Assembly: GCF_003324675.1 (NCBI RefSeq)
Contig: NZ_CP030918.1
Coordinates: 2,490,001-2,522,000, forward strand
DNA length: 32,000 nt
Reading direction: 5' to 3'
Origin: Paracoccus suum
GTDB taxonomy: Bacteria > Pseudomonadota > Alphaproteobacteria > Rhodobacterales > Rhodobacteraceae
The position numbers and the translations under genes were made by a program. Under the pieces are notes generated by a model. That model did not search any database, was not told the DNA's origin, and was given only the letters and a program-made list of their open reading frames with translations. Positions 28,090-32,000 of the stretch are shown one piece after another. Numbering within the stretch: position 1 is the stretch's first letter; each line of letters starts with the position of its first letter.

Positions 28090-28839
28090 TCACAGAAACA
28101 GTCTTCTAAAGAACAGGGTCGTCATGCCGAAGCCGATCACGGCAATCAACCCGCGCAGTACCGAACGCGGCAGGCGGCGCGCGACAGGTGCCCCCAGATA
28201 GCCGCCCGCGGTGTTGCCGGCCATCATGACCAGCGCCGGCACCCAGACGATCTTGCCGCCCACCGTAAAGATGACCGCCGAAATCACCGACAGCGCAAAG
28301 CTGAGCCAGGTTTTCAGCCCGTTCATCTCGTGCAGGTCGCGCATGCCCCACAGCGCGAACAGCGCCAGCAGCACGATGCCAAGGCCACCGTTGAAATAGC
28401 CGCCGTAGATGGCGACCGGCAACAGCGTGCCCGCGCCAAAGGCGGTGACGCCGCGGCTGTGGCGGGCTGCGTAATCGCGCACCTGCTCGCCGAACATGAA
28501 CACCAGCGTCGCGACCAGCAGCAGGAACGGCACGAGAATCCGGAACGCGGCATTGGACGAAACCAACAGCAGACCAGATCCGATGGCGCTGCCAAGCAGG
28601 GTCCACAGGGTCAGCCGCACCAGCAGACGGCGGTCAAACCTCTGCACCTCGCGGCGAAAGCCGAGGGCGCCGGCCAGGTAGCCGGGCAGGGCCGACAGGG
28701 TCGCCGTGGCATTGGCCGAAACCTCGGGGATGCCGTAAAGCACCAGGGCCGGGAAAGTGACGAAGGTGCCGCCACCGGCGACCGTGTTCATCATCCCGCC
28801 GACGAAACCTGCAACGAACAGCAAGATGAATTCTGTCAT
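28090..28839 (-). CDS. TauE/SafE (DUF81) family anion/sulfite exporter membrane protein
   Basis: The ATG at 28839 gives 249 aa: MTEFILLFVAGFVGGMMNTVAGGGTFVTFPALVLYGIP...AIYGGYFNGGLGIVLLALF... Multi-TM with the internal duplication typical of TauE. Confidence 0.85.
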   Translation of the reverse strand: MTEFILLFVAGFVGGMMNTVAGGGTFVTFPALVLYGIPEVSANATATLSALPGYLAGALGFRREVQRFDRRLLVRLTLWTLLGSAIGSGLLLVSSNAAFRILVPFLLLVATLVFMFGEQVRDYAARHSRGVTAFGAGTLLPVAIYGGYFNGGLGIVLLALFALWGMRDLHEMNGLKTWLSFALSVISAVIFTVGGKIVWVPALVMMAGNTAGGYLGAPVARRLPRSVLRGLIAVIGFGMTTLFFRRLFL

Positions 28840-28973
28840 ATCCCCGCCCCCCGTAGCGCCGACGGATATGAGCCGCGGGCCGCTGGGATAACAAGCCTCG
28901 GCCCCCACACCTTGCGGCGGCGTGGTCCGGGGGGCACAGTCCAGTAGGCATGCGCCGGGACGGAGGGATGGTC

Positions 28974-30064
28974 ATGGCGAGCGATACCGCAGCGACGACC
29001 GGGCTGATGCAGCGCCTCGGTCTGTCGCTGCCTATCATCCAGGCGCCGATGGCCGGCACCTCGACCCCGGCATTGGCCGCGGTTGTATCGGGGGCAGGTG
29101 CCCTCGGCTCGATCGCCGTAGGTGCGGTCGATGCCACCGCCGCGGCGGCGATGATCGCCGAGACTCGCGAACGCACAGATCGGGCGTTCAACGTGAACGT
29201 CTTTTGTCACCAGCCCCTGCCCATGGACCCGGCTCGCGCCGATGGATGGCGTGCCGCCCTCGCCCCCGCCTTCCGCAGCTTCGGCGCCAAGCCGGCACCG
29301 ACGCTGCGCAACATCTATCGCAGCTTTGTCGAAGATGACGACATGCTCCGCCTGCTGCTGCAGGCGCGCCCGGCCGTCGTCATCATTTCGGCCTGCCGCC
29401 CGCGGAGAAGATCTCCGCGCTGAAGGGCGCCGGGATCGGCCTGCTTGCCACCGTTACCAGCCCGGCCGAGGCACAGGCGGCCGCGGCCGCGGGCTTTGAT
29501 GCCGTGGTCGCCCAAGGGATTGAGGCAGGCGGGCATCGCGGGATTTTCGACCCCGAGGCGCCCGATGAAACCCGGGCGATGATGGACCTGCTGGACGCAG
29601 TCCTGACTGCAAGCCCGCTGCCCGTAATCGCCGCGGGCGGGATCATGACCGGCGCCGACATCGCGGCCGCTTTGGCCCGCGGGGCGGTGGCGGCGCAACT
29701 CGGCACGGCCTTTGTCGGCTGCCCGGAATCGGCGGCGGACGCCAGCTACCGCGCCGCCCTGGCGGCGGCAGTGCCCGGTGGCACGCGGCTGACCGACGCC
29801 ATTTCCGGTCGACCGGCGCGGTGCCTTGCAAACCGCTTTACCGCCCTCGGCGAGACCCTGCGGGACGTCCCGCGCGCCGGTTATCCCTACACGTATGACG
29901 CTGGGAAAAGCCTCAATGCCGTCGCCCGCGCCAAGGGCGAGTTCGGCTACGGCGCGCACTGGGCGGGCACCGGCGCGCCGGGGGCGCGGGCCATGCCAGC
30001 GGCCGACATGGTGGCGACACTGGCCGCCGAATTGCGGCAGGCCCAGTCAGCGTTGAACGGCTAA
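28974..30064 (+). pseudogene. Nitronate monooxygenase (NMO / 2-nitropropane dioxygenase family) interrupted by a frameshift near 29382
   Basis: The N-terminal half, in the frame of track ORF 28950-29423, reads ...LGLSLPIIQAPMAGTSTPALAAVVSGAGALGSI...LLLQARPAVV. It then derails (IISACRPRRRSPR*). The homologous continuation HFGLPPAEKISALKGAGIGLLATVTSPAEAQAAAAAGFDAVVAQGIEAGGHRGIF... is in another frame from 29384, the frame of track ORF 29504-30064. Likely start is ATG 28974, 6 nt after GGAGGG. Confidence 0.75.
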
Positions 30065-30087
30065 AGTTGCGCCGCTTGATTTCAGGA

Positions 30088-30161
30088 TGGAGCGGGTGAA
30101 GGGAATCGAACCCTCGTCGTAAGCTTGGGAAGCTTCTGCTCTACCATTGAGCTACACCCGC
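30088..30161 (-). tRNA. tRNA-Gly (anticodon CCC), CCA encoded
   Basis: Reverse complement: GCGGGTG TA GCTC AATGGTA GAGC A GAAGC TTCCCAA GCTTA CGAC GAGGG TTCGATT CCCTT CACCCGC T CCA. 74 nt. Confidence 0.95.
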
Positions 30162-30169
30162 GCGCGCCC

Positions 30170-30198
30170 TGACTAAGGTCCCGCGCCGCGCCGGTCAA
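30170..30198 (-). promoter_or_regulatory. Candidate sigma-70-type promoter of tRNA-Gly
   Basis: Minus strand: TTGACC-N17-TAGTCA, with the -10 ending 8 nt before the mature tRNA 5' end. Confidence 0.35.
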
Positions 30199-30271
30199 GC
30201 GCACGGGCAATCTGATCCGCAAATCGCACCAGCGCGTTTCCCGACGAAATACGCCGCGCACCTGCGACGCG

Positions 30272-30691
30272 TCAGCGCAGGCCCATCTCGGCCAACTCGC
30301 GCAACAGATGCGGCGGCAGCACCGGCTCGGCCGCGCGCTCCTCGGACACGTCCTGCGGGGAATCGGCCTGCCTGAGGTAGCGCCAGCCCTGGAACGGGCG
30401 GCGCGGCATGGCCGAGGTGCGCACCACCCGCCGGTCAAGGATCAGCGCGCAGCGGCGAATGCCGTCGGTGCCTGTGCGCTCGTCCAGCCTCAGCAGCCGC
30501 TGGCGGGCCAGCATCACCCCTTTGAACACCCAGAAGATCGACCCCCCGGCCAGCAGTTCCGCCTCGCGTGTCGGCCACATGCGGGTGACATGTTCTGCCG
30601 GCCCCTCGCCAAAGCGGCGCTGCCACTGTTCCAGCTCGCCGGGCGAGCCGCAGCCGACGCAAAGTTTCATCAGGTTGAGGTGCTGGGTCAT
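30272..30691 (-). CDS. DUF1489 family protein
   Basis: 139 aa: MTQHLNLMKLCVGCGSPGELEQWQ...GGSIFWVFKGVMLARQRLLRLD... matches my recollection of the alphaproteobacterial DUF1489 pattern (hL.KLCVG..s.e.L..W......GGSlYWVikG.i..RQ.il). Confidence 0.7.
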   Translation of the reverse strand: MTQHLNLMKLCVGCGSPGELEQWQRRFGEGPAEHVTRMWPTREAELLAGGSIFWVFKGVMLARQRLLRLDERTGTDGIRRCALILDRRVVRTSAMPRRPFQGWRYLRQADSPQDVSEERAAEPVLPPHLLRELAEMGLR

Positions 30692-30804
30692 GGTCGCAAG
30701 TTATGGACCGGGGCGAGGGCGGACAAGGGCGCAGGGCCTGCCGGACGCTGCGAGCCTTCCGGCATCCACTGGTGCCGGGCGGCCTCATCCGCTATCCCTT
30801 CGCC

Positions 30805-31398
30805 ATGAGCGATTTTCCGCCCCCCGCCGCCGGTCACAACCGCGGTCCCGCGACCGCCGGGGCCTCGTGGCGCGCCACCTGCTGGCGGCACGCGCGGGCC
30901 GAATTGTTGCCGAATCTGCCGATCGAGGTGGTGCGGCTGCAGGTCCGCCGCGCCAAGGCGCTGGGCCTGCCCTACAAGACCTATGCCGGGGTTCGAGCGA
31001 GCACCGGGTGCGATCTGGTGGCCTTCCTGTTCTCGTCCAACGGTTTGGGACTGTTCCGCCAGACCGACCGATTGGCGGCCGGCCGGGCTGGTACGCTCGC
31101 GCGCCTCGCCGTCCGCCGTGATCTGGGGTGCGCGCCGGGCCTCAGCCCCAACAGCCTTGCGGACAGACTTGCGCTAGACGGCACGACCTTTGCCAGCGCC
31201 CGGGCGCTGCCGCCGTTCGGCGCCAGCTGGGGCGCGATGCGCACCGAAATGAAAAACTGGCTGGCTCGCGAAGGGCTGCCGGGTGATGCCGTGCTGTTGA
31301 TCGGCGCGACCGATCACGAGGCTGAAATGGCCGGGGCAGGGGGCCTTGCCGCCTTCCTGCCGGGCGAGACATATTTTGCGGAGGCTTGCCATGTTTGA
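30805..31398 (+). CDS. Hypothetical protein, translationally coupled to ribB
   Basis: Open frame with strong third-position GC bias. The first ATG is at 30805 (the track start at 30703 is a non-ATG start). No family recognised. No clear RBS, so the start is uncertain. The stop overlaps the ribB start (ATGTTTGA). Confidence 0.45.
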   Translation: MSDFPPPAAGHNRGPATAGASWRATCWRHARAELLPNLPIEVVRLQVRRAKALGLPYKTYAGVRASTGCDLVAFLFSSNGLGLFRQTDRLAAGRAGTLARLAVRRDLGCAPGLSPNSLADRLALDGTTFASARALPPFGASWGAMRTEMKNWLAREGLPGDAVLLIGATDHEAEMAGAGGLAAFLPGETYFAEACHV

Positions 31399-32000
31399 AC
31401 AGCCCGGCCCGGTGGAGCGGGACTGGTCCGATGCCATCTCGAACATCGAGTCCATCATCGAGGACGCCCGCAACGGCCGGATGTTCATCCTTGTCGATCA
31501 CGAGGACCGCGAGAACGAGGGTGATCTGGTCATACCGGCGCAGATGGCGACGCCGGATGCGATCAACTTCATGGCGACCTATGGCCGCGGGCTGATCTGC
31601 CTTGCCCTGCCGGGGGCGCGCATCGACGCCCTCGGCCTGCCGCTCATGTCGCCGCGCAACTCCAGCCGGCACGAGACAGCTTTTACCCTGTCCATCGAAG
31701 CACGTGAGGGGGTCACGACCGGCATCAGCGCCCATGACCGCGCCCGGACCGTCGCCGTGGCTATCGACCAGGCGCATGGCGCGGCAGACATCGCCACCCC
31801 TGGCCACGTCTTTCCGCTGCGCGCCCGTGACGGTGGCGTGCTGGTGCGCGCCGGGCATACCGAGGCTGCGGTCGATATCGCCCGGCTCGCCGGGCTGAAC
31901 CCTTCGGGCGTGATCTGCGAGATCATGAAGGACGACGGCAGCATGGCCCGGTTGCCCGACCTGATCGCCTTTGCCCAGCGGCACGGCCTGAAGATCGGCA
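31391..32000 (+). CDS. ribB: 3,4-dihydroxy-2-butanone 4-phosphate synthase (RibB, possibly bifunctional RibBA; 3' end beyond the window)
   Basis: Not in the ORF track because there is no stop in the window. Own translation: [73 protein letters not shown]...[28 protein letters not shown]...[33 protein letters not shown]. Confidence 0.93.
   Translation, partial: MFEQPGPVERDWSDAISNIESIIEDARNGRMFILVDHEDRENEGDLVIPAQMATPDAINFMATYGRGLICLALPGARIDALGLPLMSPRNSSRHETAFTLSIEAREGVTTGISAHDRARTVAVAIDQAHGAADIATPGHVFPLRARDGGVLVRAGHTEAAVDIARLAGLNPSGVICEIMKDDGSMARLPDLIAFAQRHGLKIG

Noticed and set aside
28950-30064. Treating track ORFs 28950-29423 and 29504-30064 as two separate genes
   Set aside because: Together they are collinear with a single NMO TIM-barrel protein. 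The break falls inside a conserved strand (PAVV / HFGLP), and homology continues in the second frame from 29384, well before the track start at 29504. They are therefore called as one frameshifted gene.
30692-30804. Looked for an FMN (RFN) riboswitch upstream of the ribB-containing unit
   Set aside because: None of the conserved RFN strings (for example GGGGTGAAATTCC..., GCCGACGGT...AGTCCGGATG) are present on either strand.

Overview
High-GC alphaproteobacterial chromosomal segment. The permuted two-piece tmRNA (tag ANDNRAPVALAA), an SspB-alpha gene, a six-gene Pha/Mrp antiporter operon and the overall gene content suggest Rhodobacterales (Paracoccus/Rhodobacter-like); this taxonomic call is inference only. 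I support 32 protein-coding genes plus one frameshifted gene, 3 tRNAs (Val-TAC, Val-CAC, Gly-CCC), one tmRNA, one cobalamin riboswitch, and some promoter/operator/terminator candidates. Two genes run off the window edges and so are missing from the supplied ORF track: a MATE efflux gene (1-1139, minus) and ribB (31391-32000, plus). Many long track ORFs are GC-driven antisense shadows, and several real genes start well downstream of the track start. The window reads as core genome: I saw no IS/transposase, integrase, CRISPR, phage or recognisable defence genes. Most worth a second look: (i) an ATGA-coupled LpxD-paralogue / private ACP / KAS operon (4233-6936) with no reductase or dehydratase, which I hypothesise could supply an unusual N-linked acyl chain such as a 3-oxoacyl group for lipid A; (ii) ssrA next to sspB, the adaptor gene for ssrA-tagged proteins; (iii) the nrdHIEF leader, combining a promoter-overlapping NrdR-like box with a B12 riboswitch; (iv) a perfect CtrA box between divergent ldtD-like and mepK-like cell-wall genes; (v) a DUF4169/RHH pair of unknown function; (vi) a frameshifted nitronate monooxygenase. 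None of these can be shown to be novel from sequence alone. All coordinates were derived by hand.
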